Assembly (NCBI GenBank): GCA_018702695.1
Contig: JABIYR010000101.1
Location: 1-63,143, forward strand
DNA from: Nitrospina sp.
GTDB lineage: Bacteria > Nitrospinota > Nitrospinia > Nitrospinales > VA-1
Direction of reading: 5' to 3'
DNA: 63,143 bases
Each line of letters begins with the position of its first letter. Position 1 is the stretch's first letter. Below, piece after piece: positions 11,283-20,970 of the stretch. The translations under genes and the position numbers were made by a program. Below the pieces are notes generated by a model. That model worked only from the letters and a program-made list of their open reading frames with translations. It made no database searches and had not been told where the DNA came from.

Positions 11283-11375
11283 GCCAATTTTTTATAGTAT
11301 ATATTAAGTGTTTTTATCTTAGAGCCTCTCTTCTTCTTACCGGTGGATCTGGCCGAATAATCAGGAGCCGCCTCC

Positions 11376-12131
11376 TTGGTCAATACAACGTTACAGGAAA
11401 AAATAGACCCCAACCGTTTGCCTCGACATGTTGCCATTATTATGGATGGCAATGGGCGTTGGGCGCAGAACCATTCTCTTCCCCGAGTTGAAGGTCATTG
11501 GGAGGGTGTCAAGGTCGTAGACCGCATTGTCACTTTGAGCCGAAAGCTCAACCTCGAAGCCCTGACACTTTATTCTTTTTCAGATGAAAATTGGAACCGG
11601 CCTTCCGCAGAAATAAATACGCTCATGAAAATTCTGAGTTTTTATTTGAAGAAGGAGATAAAGCGGTTGAAAGAAGAGAACATCCGCTTCAACACTATCG
11701 GTCATATTGAAGACTTGCCCTCGGCAGTGCAAAAACTGATTCAGCATTCCATCGAAGATACCCGCGATAATACAGGAATGGTTCTTACCCTAGCCTTGAG
11801 TTATGGTGGCAGGCAAGAAATCATCGATGCGGTAAAAAAAATAGCCGAGCAGGTGCGGTCAGAAAATATCCGGCCCGATGAAATTGACTTGCCCCTGTTT
11901 GAATCGTTTCTTTCGACCCACCCTCTTCCCGACCCGGATTTGATTATTCGGACGAGCGGAGAAAGAAGAATTAGTAATTTTCTTTTATTTCAAAGTGCGT
12001 ACACCGAGCTATTTTACAGTGATGTATTGTGGCCCGATTTTTCGAACGATGACTTCCTCAATGCGATTATAGATTTCCAAGGTCGAGAGCGACGCTTTGG
12101 GATGACACAAGAGCAAATTGTAAAGACTTGA
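11376..12131 (+). CDS. uppS: di-trans,poly-cis-undecaprenyl-diphosphate synthase
   Basis: HVAIIMDGNGRWA, LTLYSFSDENWNRP and ERRFG motifs. Confidence 0.95.
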   Translation: MVNTTLQEKIDPNRLPRHVAIIMDGNGRWAQNHSLPRVEGHWEGVKVVDRIVTLSRKLNLEALTLYSFSDENWNRPSAEINTLMKILSFYLKKEIKRLKEENIRFNTIGHIEDLPSAVQKLIQHSIEDTRDNTGMVLTLALSYGGRQEIIDAVKKIAEQVRSENIRPDEIDLPLFESFLSTHPLPDPDLIIRTSGERRISNFLLFQSAYTELFYSDVLWPDFSNDDFLNAIIDFQGRERRFGMTQEQIVKT

Positions 12132-12209
12132 AATTCCTATTGTGAAAAATATTTCCAGAATCGACAGCAATACGATCCGAGCTCTTCGATCTTTAATAGG
12201 AGACAGAAT

Positions 12210-13004
12210 TTGAAAAGAGTTATCAGTGGTGCCATCGGCATCCCGCTAGTTCTTGGGTTGGTTCTATATGGTTCGCCGCTCCTGTTCTTTTGTTTTGTCG
12301 TGGCCATTGTTGCCATTGCCAGCTACGAATATTTTTCCATGATCGCAAATATGGGTGTGGAGGGTTATCAGATAGAAGGCGGGGTGTTGGGTTTCATACT
12401 GCTAGTGGGTTTCTATCTGGGCGCAAAGTTTTTGGGCATCTTTGCGGTTTTACTGCCTGTGGTTTTGTTCACCACTTGGTTTGTCCGAGGGAAAAACATA
12501 TCCGTAGCTTTAGACCCCATTGCATACACACTGTTGGGCATTATCTACACAGCAGGTTTGGGGGGTTATTTTATATTGATCCGAGATCTAGATGGAGGAA
12601 GCCAAATCATCATTTTTCTGCTCCTCTTAGTCTGGGCGGGAGACGTAGCGGCCTATTACGGAGGTAGAAACTTCGGCAAACATAAACTTCTGCCATTAGT
12701 CAGCCCCAACAAAACCGTCGAAGGCGGAATCGCCAATATACTGGGAACGCTTTTGGCCGCAGGCTTAGCCAGCCTATGGTTTTTTGAAGAATTTTCGCTA
12801 ACGCATTGTTTGATTGTGGCCTTTATATGCGGTATCATCGGTCAGTTTGGAGACTTCTCAGAATCTCTGATAAAAAGAAATTGTCAGGTGAAAGATTCTG
12901 GCACATTGATTCCGGGTCACGGCGGGTTTTTAGATCGCATTGACAGCCTTTTGTTTGCCGGTCCGGCTTTCTATTGTTATTACCAATTGTTCTTGGGGGC
13001 ATGA
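12210..13004 (+). CDS. cdsA: phosphatidate cytidylyltransferase
   Basis: Polytopic membrane protein carrying the CDS signature SLIKRNCQVKDSGTLIPGHGGFLDRIDS. It has a TTG start. Confidence 0.92.
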   Translation: MKRVISGAIGIPLVLGLVLYGSPLLFFCFVVAIVAIASYEYFSMIANMGVEGYQIEGGVLGFILLVGFYLGAKFLGIFAVLLPVVLFTTWFVRGKNISVALDPIAYTLLGIIYTAGLGGYFILIRDLDGGSQIIIFLLLLVWAGDVAAYYGGRNFGKHKLLPLVSPNKTVEGGIANILGTLLAAGLASLWFFEEFSLTHCLIVAFICGIIGQFGDFSESLIKRNCQVKDSGTLIPGHGGFLDRIDSLLFAGPAFYCYYQLFLGA

Positions 13005-13134
13005 TTAAGAAGACTTCTAGTCGTTGGACCCTTAGCATGTTTGCGATTCGCATTCCCGCTTATAAAAAGGGTGTTCATGGCAGAAAGCAATCTTTAGAGG
13101 CACTCTTAACCCCTCCCCCGTTATCAGGCACCTC

Positions 13135-14289
13135 ATGAAAAAAATATCCCTTCTCGGCTCAACCGGCTCCATCGGTGTTAACACACTCGATGTCGTCGAG
13201 CGTTATCCCGAAAAATTTAAAGTCATTGCCCTATCAGCAGGAAGCAATATAGAAGTTTTTGCCCAGCAAATTCGCAAATTCAAACCCGCTATGGCGGCAA
13301 TTTTTGACACCACAAAAGTGGATGCTCTGAAAAAGTTGGTGGGCGATTTGAAGGTCGAAATTGTTTCCGGTGCAGAAGGCGCGGTAGCAGTGGCGGCTTT
13401 GCCCGAGGTAGATATGGTGGTTTCAGGCGTGGTGGGCAGTGCTGGTTTGCTCCCTGCGATGGCGGCTTTGAAAGCCGGTAAAACCTTGGCCCTTGCCAAT
13501 AAAGAAACATTGGTCATCGCCGGTGAATTGGTTTTAAAAGAAGCCGAACGCCAAAACACTCGAATCATTCCCATCGACAGCGAACACAGCGCCATTTTTC
13601 AAGCCTTGAACGGAGAAAAACCCGAGCGCATCAGAAAAATTATTCTGACCGCATCCGGTGGTCCCTTCAGAACGTTTACTCTCAAAGAGATGGAAACCGT
13701 GACGGTGAAACAGGCGCTCAAACATCCTAATTGGAGTATGGGAGCAAAAATCACCATAGATTCATCGACCATGATGAATAAGGGTCTGGAGTATATTGAA
13801 GCCAAATGGTTGTTCGGGGTGGACACCCAGGTTGAAGTCATCGTGCATGCGCAAAGCATCATCCATTCGATGATCGAATTTGTCGATACATCCATCATGG
13901 CACAATTGGGAATCCCAGATATGCGCGTTCCCATTGCTTATGCGCTGACCTATCCCGACCGATTTGACAGTGAACTGCCTTCGCTAGATTTAGCCAGCAT
14001 GGGAGACCTGACCTTTGAGGCCCCAGACTTTGAACGCTTTCCCTGTTTGAAGTTAGCGATGGATGCGATGGACGCAGGAAAAACCCTGCCAGCCGTACTC
14101 AATGCCGCCAATGAAGTCGCGGTGCAGGCGTTCCTCGATGAACGGATCCCCTATAAAGATATTGCGGAGATCATCCGCATGGTGATGCAAAATCACAACC
14201 CAGTGGCATTGCAAGAGTTGCAAGATGTGTTAGAAGCCGACCGCTGGGCGCGAGAAGAAACAGAAAAAACGATCACCGTCGCTCATTAG
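13135..14289 (+). CDS. dxr: 1-deoxy-D-xylulose 5-phosphate reductoisomerase
   Basis: LLGSTGSIGVNTLDV NADPH site, LANKETLV, DSEHSAIFQ and NKGLEYIEA motifs. Confidence 0.96.
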   Translation: MKKISLLGSTGSIGVNTLDVVERYPEKFKVIALSAGSNIEVFAQQIRKFKPAMAAIFDTTKVDALKKLVGDLKVEIVSGAEGAVAVAALPEVDMVVSGVVGSAGLLPAMAALKAGKTLALANKETLVIAGELVLKEAERQNTRIIPIDSEHSAIFQALNGEKPERIRKIILTASGGPFRTFTLKEMETVTVKQALKHPNWSMGAKITIDSSTMMNKGLEYIEAKWLFGVDTQVEVIVHAQSIIHSMIEFVDTSIMAQLGIPDMRVPIAYALTYPDRFDSELPSLDLASMGDLTFEAPDFERFPCLKLAMDAMDAGKTLPAVLNAANEVAVQAFLDERIPYKDIAEIIRMVMQNHNPVALQELQDVLEADRWAREETEKTITVAH

Positions 14290-14295
14290 CCAAGA

Positions 14296-14787
14296 ATGAA
14301 TTTACCCAATCTTCGCATAGGCAATGGTTATGACGTACACCGTTTGGTAGAAGGGCGCAAACTCATTCTAGGCGGGGTCGAAGTTCCCCACTCGTTAGGG
14401 TTGGATGGGCACTCCGATGCCGATGCATTGGTGCACGCATTATGCGATGCCTTGCTAGGAGCATTGGGGGCAGGAGATATCGGCGCCTACTTCCCCGATA
14501 CCGATCCGCAGTGGAAGGGAATCTCAAGCCTGTTGTTGCTCAAAGAAGTGATGCGGATGTGTCGAGAAAAAGGTTTCGAGCTGGCCAATGCCGACACCAT
14601 CATGGTGGCGCAAAAACCCAAGCTGGCTCCCCACCTTCCGCAGATGATAAAAAATATGGCCGCCACAATGAATGTGGAAAGCGAGCGCATAAATATTAAA
14701 GCCACCACCACAGAAAAGCTCGGTTTTGCCGGGCGGGAAGAAGGCATTGCCGCGTATGCGGTCGCCTTATTGATAAAAAATGTCTGA
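14296..14787 (+). CDS. ispF: 2-C-methyl-D-erythritol 2,4-cyclodiphosphate synthase
   Basis: RIGNGYDVHRL and GHSDADALVHAL zinc/substrate motifs. It is monofunctional at 163 aa. Confidence 0.96.
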   Translation: MNLPNLRIGNGYDVHRLVEGRKLILGGVEVPHSLGLDGHSDADALVHALCDALLGALGAGDIGAYFPDTDPQWKGISSLLLLKEVMRMCREKGFELANADTIMVAQKPKLAPHLPQMIKNMAATMNVESERINIKATTTEKLGFAGREEGIAAYAVALLIKNV

Positions 14788-16021
14788 TTTGAACGAACGC
14801 ATTGTCATCACAGGAATCGGGTTGACCGCCCCCAACGGCAACAACCTGAAAGAATTCCGCGAAAACCTGTTGAACGGGGTTTCCGGAGTGCAACAATTCG
14901 AGACCCGTTATATGGGTTCGGTGCATGCCGGAGTCTGTGATTTTGACGAGCTAAAATATCAGAAAAAAAAAGAACGCCGTCGCGGAACCCGCGTCGGTTC
15001 CGTGTCCATCTATTGCTCGCGCGAAGCCATTGCCGATGCCGGAATTGACCTCGAAGCCATCGACCGCTCAAGAGTAGGGGTTTATCTCGGCGTGACCGAG
15101 CATGGCAATGTCGAGACCGAGAACGAAGTTTATAACATCAGTCAATACGGTTACGACACCAAGTTCTGGTCGCATCATCATAACCCGCGCACCGTGTCCA
15201 ATAACCCCGCTGGTGAAGTGACACTAAACATGAAGATCACTGGCCCGCATTACACCATCGGCGCGGCCTGTGCGGCTGGCAATATGGGCGTTATCCAAGG
15301 CTTGCAAATGTTAAGGTTGGGAGAAGTCGATCTCGCATTGGCAGGCGGGGTGTCCGAGAGCATCCATACATTTGGTATTTTTGCCAGCTTCAAAAGTGAA
15401 GGCGCGTTGGCAGAACACCAAGACCCGACTAAAGCTAGCCGACCTTTCGATAAAAACCGCAATGGCATCGTTTGTTCAGAAGGCGGTTGCGTCTATACCT
15501 TAGAGCGTTTATCCGACGCACAAAAACGCGGCGCGAAAATTTATGGTGAAATCGTTGGTTATGCTATCAACTCCGATGCGGTCGATTTTATTTTGCCCGA
15601 CCCCGGCAGGCAAGCCGAGTGCATCCGTCTGGCGTTAGACCGGGCCGGGTTGCAACCGGGCGATATCGATATTCTCAATGCCCACGCCACCGCAACGCAG
15701 ATGGGCGATATTCAAGAGACTAAAGCCATCCGAGAAGTGTTTGGCGAAACCAGTAAAACCCGCATCAACAACACCAAAAGTTTCATCGGTCATACCATGG
15801 GCGCGGCGGGCACTTTAGAATTATCGGGCAACCTGCCCGCTTTCGATGACCACATGGTACACCCCACCATCAACCTCGACGACCTCGACCCTCAATGCGC
15901 CTTGAACAATCTGGTCGCAAACAAACCCGAAAAACTCGACTCCGTCGATTACATCATGAACAACTCCTTCGGCATGTTCGGCATCAACTCTGTTCTCATT
16001 GTAAAACGCTACCAAGAATAA
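14780..16021 (+). CDS. fabF: beta-ketoacyl-ACP synthase, elongating FabF/FabB type
   Basis: Cys-His-His triad in GAACAAG, NAHATAT and IGHTMGAAG. The ATG overlaps the ispF stop by 8 nt (ATGTCTGA). Confidence 0.9.
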   Translation: MSDLNERIVITGIGLTAPNGNNLKEFRENLLNGVSGVQQFETRYMGSVHAGVCDFDELKYQKKKERRRGTRVGSVSIYCSREAIADAGIDLEAIDRSRVGVYLGVTEHGNVETENEVYNISQYGYDTKFWSHHHNPRTVSNNPAGEVTLNMKITGPHYTIGAACAAGNMGVIQGLQMLRLGEVDLALAGGVSESIHTFGIFASFKSEGALAEHQDPTKASRPFDKNRNGIVCSEGGCVYTLERLSDAQKRGAKIYGEIVGYAINSDAVDFILPDPGRQAECIRLALDRAGLQPGDIDILNAHATATQMGDIQETKAIREVFGETSKTRINNTKSFIGHTMGAAGTLELSGNLPAFDDHMVHPTINLDDLDPQCALNNLVANKPEKLDSVDYIMNNSFGMFGINSVLIVKRYQE

Positions 16022-16066
16022 GGTAAGCACCAAAGAACTACTTTTCTTCAGTCTAGCAGGTTGCTG

Positions 16067-16090
16067 AAAAACTCATCATGATGAGTTTTT
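16067..16090 (+). terminator. AU-rich perfect palindrome after the KS gene (weak terminator-like hairpin)
   Basis: AAAAACTCATCATGATGAGTTTTT is a perfect 24-nt palindrome 46 nt after the KS stop, followed by TCTTC. The stem is AT-rich, so its function is uncertain. Confidence 0.35.
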
Positions 16091-16136
16091 TCTTCGATGT
16101 CATGCTGAGGTGGTTATGTTGCACATTAGCTTTTCT

Positions 16137-16209
16137 GCCCCGAATGGGGTATCCGAAGCATACACCCTATGAAAAGGGTTTATCCCCCTTCGAGTACCCC
16201 ATTCGGGGC
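16137..16209. repeat. 73-nt long inverted repeat (nested hairpins) in the KS-ACP spacer
   Basis: GCCCCGAATGGGGTA (16137-16151) is the exact reverse complement of TACCCCATTCGGGGC (16195-16209). Each arm is itself a CCCC-nnnn-GGGG mini-hairpin, and an inner ACCCT-atgaaa-AGGGT hairpin lies between them. Confidence 0.7.
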
Positions 16210-16440
16210 ATGAAGGCTAATGGTGGAGATTCACAAACCTCAGGGTGGCAGGGAAAAGGATGGCGGGAAACGGGCTTACCATATTTTCGCTGGCAAGGAT
16301 GGCGACCTTCTGGTTTCTCTTGTTGCTCTATTTATGAGGTGAGGGTGATTTTTGTCTTCTTTGCGGGTGGATTTAGGCTTGAAATCTGCCCTATCTTCTA
16401 TTAAAATCAAGGTTAATGGAGACTTTGGAGAGAAGTAATA

Positions 16441-16704
16441 ATGACGATTGAAGAAGTACGACAGATTATTCTTAATATCCTTGCTGACATTGCTCCTGAC
16501 GAGGATATCAGTTCCATCGATGACAACACCAAATTGAGAGACCAGATTGATCTGGACTCGATGGATTTTTTGGATATTGTGATGGAGCTTAGAAAACGTT
16601 TTAATATTGAAGTGCCGGAAAAAGATTATGAACATCTGGCGACGATGGCCGGTTGTGTTTCTTACCTCACTCCTTTATTAAAAGGCCGTTCTATGGCTAG
16701 CTAA
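16441..16704 (+). CDS. acyl carrier protein (divergent, pathway-dedicated type)
   Basis: 87 aa with the phosphopantetheine Ser motif DLDSMDFLDIVMEL. GGAGA lies upstream of the ATG. Confidence 0.85.
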   Translation: MTIEEVRQIILNILADIAPDEDISSIDDNTKLRDQIDLDSMDFLDIVMELRKRFNIEVPEKDYEHLATMAGCVSYLTPLLKGRSMAS

Positions 16705-16768
16705 TTCCCCCCCTGCTAATTTTCCTTTTTATCGAATTTCAAACTGAAAAACCTGTATTTCTGAGCCA

Positions 16769-18163
16769 ATGACCTATAATCAGGGTATGGATACCATAAT
16801 TATAGGTGCAGGCTTATCGGGTTTGGCGGCGGGCATTCGCTTGGCGATGTTCGACAAAAAGGTCTGCATTGTCGAAAAACACACGGTGGTCGGTGGTTTG
16901 AACTCGTTTTATTCGAGAAAAAACCGTCTGTTCGATGTGGGCTTGCACGCCATGACCAATTTCACCCCTAAAGGGGTGCGTTCTTCTCCGCTCGGTAAAC
17001 TTCTTAAACAACTTCGTTTCAGTCATGATGACTTCCGCTTATGTCAGCAGGAGATGTCTGAGATCCGCTTTCCTGATAGTTCGCTTTGTTTCACCAATGA
17101 GTTTGAGTTTTTTCGGCAGGAGGTGGCTGAAAAATTTCCCGCACAGATTGACGGCTTCAACAAGCTGGTAGAAAAAATCCGCAATTATGATGAGTTGAGT
17201 TTAGAAGGTGCCGATGGCCTTTCTTCGCGCCCAGTGCTGGAGTCTTTTATCAATGACCCGGTGTTGATCGACATGCTGTTTTGTCCGCTGATGTATTACG
17301 GCAATGCGCGTGAAGGGGATATGGATTTTTATCAGTTTGTCATCATGTTCAAGAGCATTTTTATTGAAGGTTTTTCTAAGCCGCAAGGGGGGATGAATTA
17401 TATCCTCAACCTCATGGTTCAGCGCTACAAAGATTTGGGCGGTGAAATGCGCTTGGGCAACGGGGTTAAAGCCATCAACACCCGGCAGGGTTCTGTCTCG
17501 TCCGTAACGCTCGAAGATGGGGAGGAGCTTGCCACGCAGGCGGTGCTTTCGTCTATGGGTTATATCGAAACGATGCGCTGTTGTGAGCCGGAAATTCCTG
17601 CCATCGAGATTTGCGAGACGGGTCAGGTTTCGTTCATGGAGTCTTTGTTTGTGGTGGATAAAATGCCACGCGACTTGGGCTATGATAAGAGCATTGTGTT
17701 TTTTTCGACTCAGCCACGTTTTGATTATAAGGTTCCTGCTGATTTGATTGAAACGTCGACCGGAGTGTTGTGTTGCAGTAATAATTTTAAATACCCGGAA
17801 CCGCTTGAGGAGGGGTTGATTCGCTTGACCAATCTGGCCAATTTTGGGAAATGGGACGGTTTGCCGAGAAAAGATTATATCGCGGCAAAAAAAGAGTGTC
17901 GGGCTCGCGCTTTGGACGCTTTATTTACATTTTTCCCCGATTTTAGCGAGAATATGGTATTTTTAGACTCGTTTACGCCTAAAACTATTAAAAAATATAC
18001 GGGCCATATTAACGGGGCCGTGTATGGTGCGCCAGAAAAAATAAAAAATGGCAAAACACCGGTAAAAAACCTATATATTTGCGGGACAGATCAAGGTTTT
18101 TTAGGTATTATTGGGGCCACATTGAGTGGTATTTCCATGGCAAACTTGCATGTTTTGCAATAG
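16769..18163 (+). CDS. FAD-dependent oxidoreductase, phytoene desaturase (CrtI/CrtISO/RetSat) family
   Basis: N-terminal dinucleotide fold IIIGAGLSGLAAG...EKHTVVGGL and a C-terminal CrtI-type motif LYICGTDQGFLGIIGATLSG. Length 464 aa. Confidence 0.8.
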   Translation: MTYNQGMDTIIIGAGLSGLAAGIRLAMFDKKVCIVEKHTVVGGLNSFYSRKNRLFDVGLHAMTNFTPKGVRSSPLGKLLKQLRFSHDDFRLCQQEMSEIRFPDSSLCFTNEFEFFRQEVAEKFPAQIDGFNKLVEKIRNYDELSLEGADGLSSRPVLESFINDPVLIDMLFCPLMYYGNAREGDMDFYQFVIMFKSIFIEGFSKPQGGMNYILNLMVQRYKDLGGEMRLGNGVKAINTRQGSVSSVTLEDGEELATQAVLSSMGYIETMRCCEPEIPAIEICETGQVSFMESLFVVDKMPRDLGYDKSIVFFSTQPRFDYKVPADLIETSTGVLCCSNNFKYPEPLEEGLIRLTNLANFGKWDGLPRKDYIAAKKECRARALDALFTFFPDFSENMVFLDSFTPKTIKKYTGHINGAVYGAPEKIKNGKTPVKNLYICGTDQGFLGIIGATLSGISMANLHVLQ

Positions 18164-18198
18164 CGGGTCTATCAAAATAATCAACGGTTTCAGAATTG

Positions 18199-19647
18199 AT
18201 GAATAAACCATCGAAAGACTGGTTGAAGGGTGCTTTATCTGCTTACGATACGGTGGTTATCGGGAGTGGTCTGGCGGGGATGACTTCAGCCAATCTCCTG
18301 GCTAAGCTGGGTCATAAGGTTTTGCTGGCAGAGCACCATTATAATATGGGGGGCATGGCAACCTGGTTCAAACGCAAGGGCGGGCATATCATGGATATCT
18401 CGTTGCATGGGTTTCCCTGCGGAATGATAAAAACTCTGCGCAAATACTGGAGTCAGGATATCTCGAGCCGGGTTATCCAGCTCAAAAATGTACGCTTCGA
18501 AAACCCTCAATTTTCCCTCACTACTTCATTTGATAAAACAGATTTTACGCGAATTCTGCGTGAGCATTTCGGCATTTTAAAAGAAGTGGTCGATGAGTTT
18601 TTTGTGACAGCTCGGGGCATGAATTTTTATGACGACATGGTCATGACCACTCGAGATCTGTTTGAAAAATATTTCCCCGGTCGCACCGATGTTTGGCGAT
18701 TTCTCATGGAACCGATCACCTACGCCAACGGCTCCACTTTGGATGACCCGGCGTTGACCTATGGCATCGTATTTTCTAACTTCATGGATAAGGGTGTTTT
18801 CACTTATCAGGGTGGAACGGATCATCTGATTAAAGAAATGAAGCGGGAGTTGATCAAAAACGGTGTGGACATTCGCACGCATTGCATGGTCGAAAAAATT
18901 TACGTAGAAGATAAATCGGTGCGCGGAGTTCGCATCAACGGTCAGGATATTCAGTGCCGCTCGGTGCTTTCCAATTCAAATTTATTGACCACCATTGAGC
19001 AGTTGACGGGCGAAGAACATTTTCAACCTGAATTTATTAAAGAGGTCAAAAAGGTTCGCCTGAATAATTCGAGCTGTCAGGTATATATGGGCATTAAAAA
19101 GGGCGAAACGGTGCCGAATGTGGGAGACCTTCTGTTCACCTCGAGTGCCGATGAATATTGTACGGAAAAAATATTGAGCAAGGATATCACCAGCCGCACA
19201 TTTTCATTTTATTATCCGGAAATTCGTCCGGGCAGTAATCGTTATTCAATTGTTTCATCGACCAATGCTCGCTATCAGGACTGGGCGAGTTTGAGCGAAT
19301 CGCAATATAAAAAAGATAAACATGATTTAGAACAAAATACGCTTGATGCTCTGGATAAATATGTTCCTGGCATTCGTGATAAAGTAGACCATGTGGAAGC
19401 GTCAACACCAAAAACTTTTAAACGCTACACCCTGCACCCATCGGGCACTTCGTTTGGAACCAAGTTTGAAGGGCTAAAAATAAGTAGAGACCTGCCCAAG
19501 CAAATTGACGGTTTGTTCCATGCTGGATCGGTGGGGATTATCATGTCCGGTTGGCTGGGTGCGGCAAATTATGGGGTCATTGTCGCGAACGAAACCGACA
19601 AGTTTCTGCGTCAGGTGAGCCCAACTCTGGTGACTGCGTCAGCATAA
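18199..19647 (+). CDS. FAD-dependent oxidoreductase, phytoene desaturase (CrtI/CrtISO/RetSat) family, paralogue 2
   Basis: [34 protein letters not shown] and a C-terminal [22 protein letters not shown] prefer the ATG at 18199, one codon inside the TTG at 18196. Confidence 0.8.
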   Translation: MNKPSKDWLKGALSAYDTVVIGSGLAGMTSANLLAKLGHKVLLAEHHYNMGGMATWFKRKGGHIMDISLHGFPCGMIKTLRKYWSQDISSRVIQLKNVRFENPQFSLTTSFDKTDFTRILREHFGILKEVVDEFFVTARGMNFYDDMVMTTRDLFEKYFPGRTDVWRFLMEPITYANGSTLDDPALTYGIVFSNFMDKGVFTYQGGTDHLIKEMKRELIKNGVDIRTHCMVEKIYVEDKSVRGVRINGQDIQCRSVLSNSNLLTTIEQLTGEEHFQPEFIKEVKKVRLNNSSCQVYMGIKKGETVPNVGDLLFTSSADEYCTEKILSKDITSRTFSFYYPEIRPGSNRYSIVSSTNARYQDWASLSESQYKKDKHDLEQNTLDALDKYVPGIRDKVDHVEASTPKTFKRYTLHPSGTSFGTKFEGLKISRDLPKQIDGLFHAGSVGIIMSGWLGAANYGVIVANETDKFLRQVSPTLVTASA

Positions 19648-19742
19648 AGCGGTAGGGGTCTGCTTAAATAATGTTTCTCTCTTTTTTCTGATTCCAGAAT
19701 TTTTTTTATTCCCAATATTTGCAAACTCGATAATTGATAAAT

Positions 19743-20486
19743 ATGAAATTTGATTTTACAGGCCAGACGGCTCTGATTACGGGTGGTACGCGCGGCATAG
19801 GCAGAGCTATCTCTGAAGCTTTTTTAAAAGCTGGAGCCAAAGTCGTTGCTACCTATCGCGGTAATGATATGGAAGCGGAGAATTTTAAGAATGCCAACGC
19901 CGACTACGCCGATTTTCTTGATATCCACAAATTTGATGTCACTGACTATGAGGCCGTCGAAAATTTTTATAAGGAAGTAGAAAAAAAGCATGACAACTTC
20001 CAAATTCTCGTGGTGAGTTCAGGAATTCGTGCTGATTCGATTGTTGGAATGATGAAGGCCGAAGATTGGAATCGAGTCATCAATACGAACCTGACAGGAA
20101 CTTTCAACTTAAGTAAATTGGCAGTGCAGTCTATGATGCGCCAGCGATACGGCAGAATCATCACGTTGACTTCGCCTATTGGCAAATTTGGTTTTGCCGG
20201 ACAAGCTAATTATGCGGCCTCGAAAGCGGGTCAAGTGGCGTTCACCCGATCTTTGTCGAAAGAGGTTGCAAGCCGAAAGATCACCGTCAATTGTGTTTCA
20301 CCCGGCTTCATCGATACCGATTTTATCAGTGACTTGCCAGACGAGCAGAAAAAAGCATATAAAGATCAAATTCCACTAAAACGATTTGGAACACCGGAAG
20401 ATGTCACCTACCCCGTCCTATTTCTGGCAGCAAAGCAGTCTGCCTATATCACCGGTTCGGTGTTAGAAGTGACTGGCGGGCTGTAA
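19743..20486 (+). CDS. fabG: 3-oxoacyl-ACP reductase (SDR, FabG-like)
   Basis: ALITGGTRGIGRAI cofactor motif and YAASKAG catalytic Y-x3-K. I prefer the ATG at 19743 (MKFDFTGQTALITGG) to the TTG at 19734. Confidence 0.88.
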   Translation: MKFDFTGQTALITGGTRGIGRAISEAFLKAGAKVVATYRGNDMEAENFKNANADYADFLDIHKFDVTDYEAVENFYKEVEKKHDNFQILVVSSGIRADSIVGMMKAEDWNRVINTNLTGTFNLSKLAVQSMMRQRYGRIITLTSPIGKFGFAGQANYAASKAGQVAFTRSLSKEVASRKITVNCVSPGFIDTDFISDLPDEQKKAYKDQIPLKRFGTPEDVTYPVLFLAAKQSAYITGSVLEVTGGL

Positions 20487-20547
20487 TCGTTGTAATAGAA
20501 GAATTAACCCCCCGGCAAGTTTTTTTCCGCTAATGGAGTGACCCCCT

Positions 20548-20970
20548 ATGCAGGATTTTCTTCAATACATTCCCCATCGTCCTCCTTTCTTATTTGTTGA
20601 CCGCGTGTTGGAAGAAACGGATACAACCCTCAAAGCAGAAAAAACGATCGACCCGAAGGAACCTTTTTTTGAAGGCCATTACCCAGGCCAGCCGATCATG
20701 CCGGGAGTCTTGATCTGTGAATCTATTTTTCAAACGGGTGCAATCATGATGGGAAAACGCATCGCTAATGAAGGTCGCATCCCCGTTCTCACCCGTGTCA
20801 ATAATATTAAGTTTAAACATGCAGTGCACCCCGGAGACACGATGCAGATCGAAGTGACACTCAAAGATATCGTTAGCTCTGCCGCTTATATGACGGGCAA
20901 AGCGATGGTTGGCGGTAAAACCGCAGTTAGCTTAGAGTTCACCGCCATGTTGGTTGAGGAGACAAAATGA
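20548..20970 (+). CDS. fabZ: 3-hydroxyacyl-ACP dehydratase, FabZ/FabA hotdog family
   Basis: HRPPFLFVD, the catalytic His in [14 protein letters not shown] and Glu in ICESIFQ. Length 140 aa. Confidence 0.88.
   Translation: MQDFLQYIPHRPPFLFVDRVLEETDTTLKAEKTIDPKEPFFEGHYPGQPIMPGVLICESIFQTGAIMMGKRIANEGRIPVLTRVNNIKFKHAVHPGDTMQIEVTLKDIVSSAAYMTGKAMVGGKTAVSLEFTAMLVEETK

Noticed and set aside
10970-11452. A 160-aa minus-strand ORF spanning the frr 3' end and the frr-uppS spacer.
   Set aside because: It is antisense to the strongly supported frr gene, has low-complexity Ser-rich translation and no motif.
16078-16404. A 108-aa plus-strand ORF in the KS-ACP spacer.
   Set aside because: Its composition is rich in Trp, Cys, Gly and Arg, it has no SD and no motif, and it is built across palindromic DNA. 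I treat the region as non-coding structured sequence instead.
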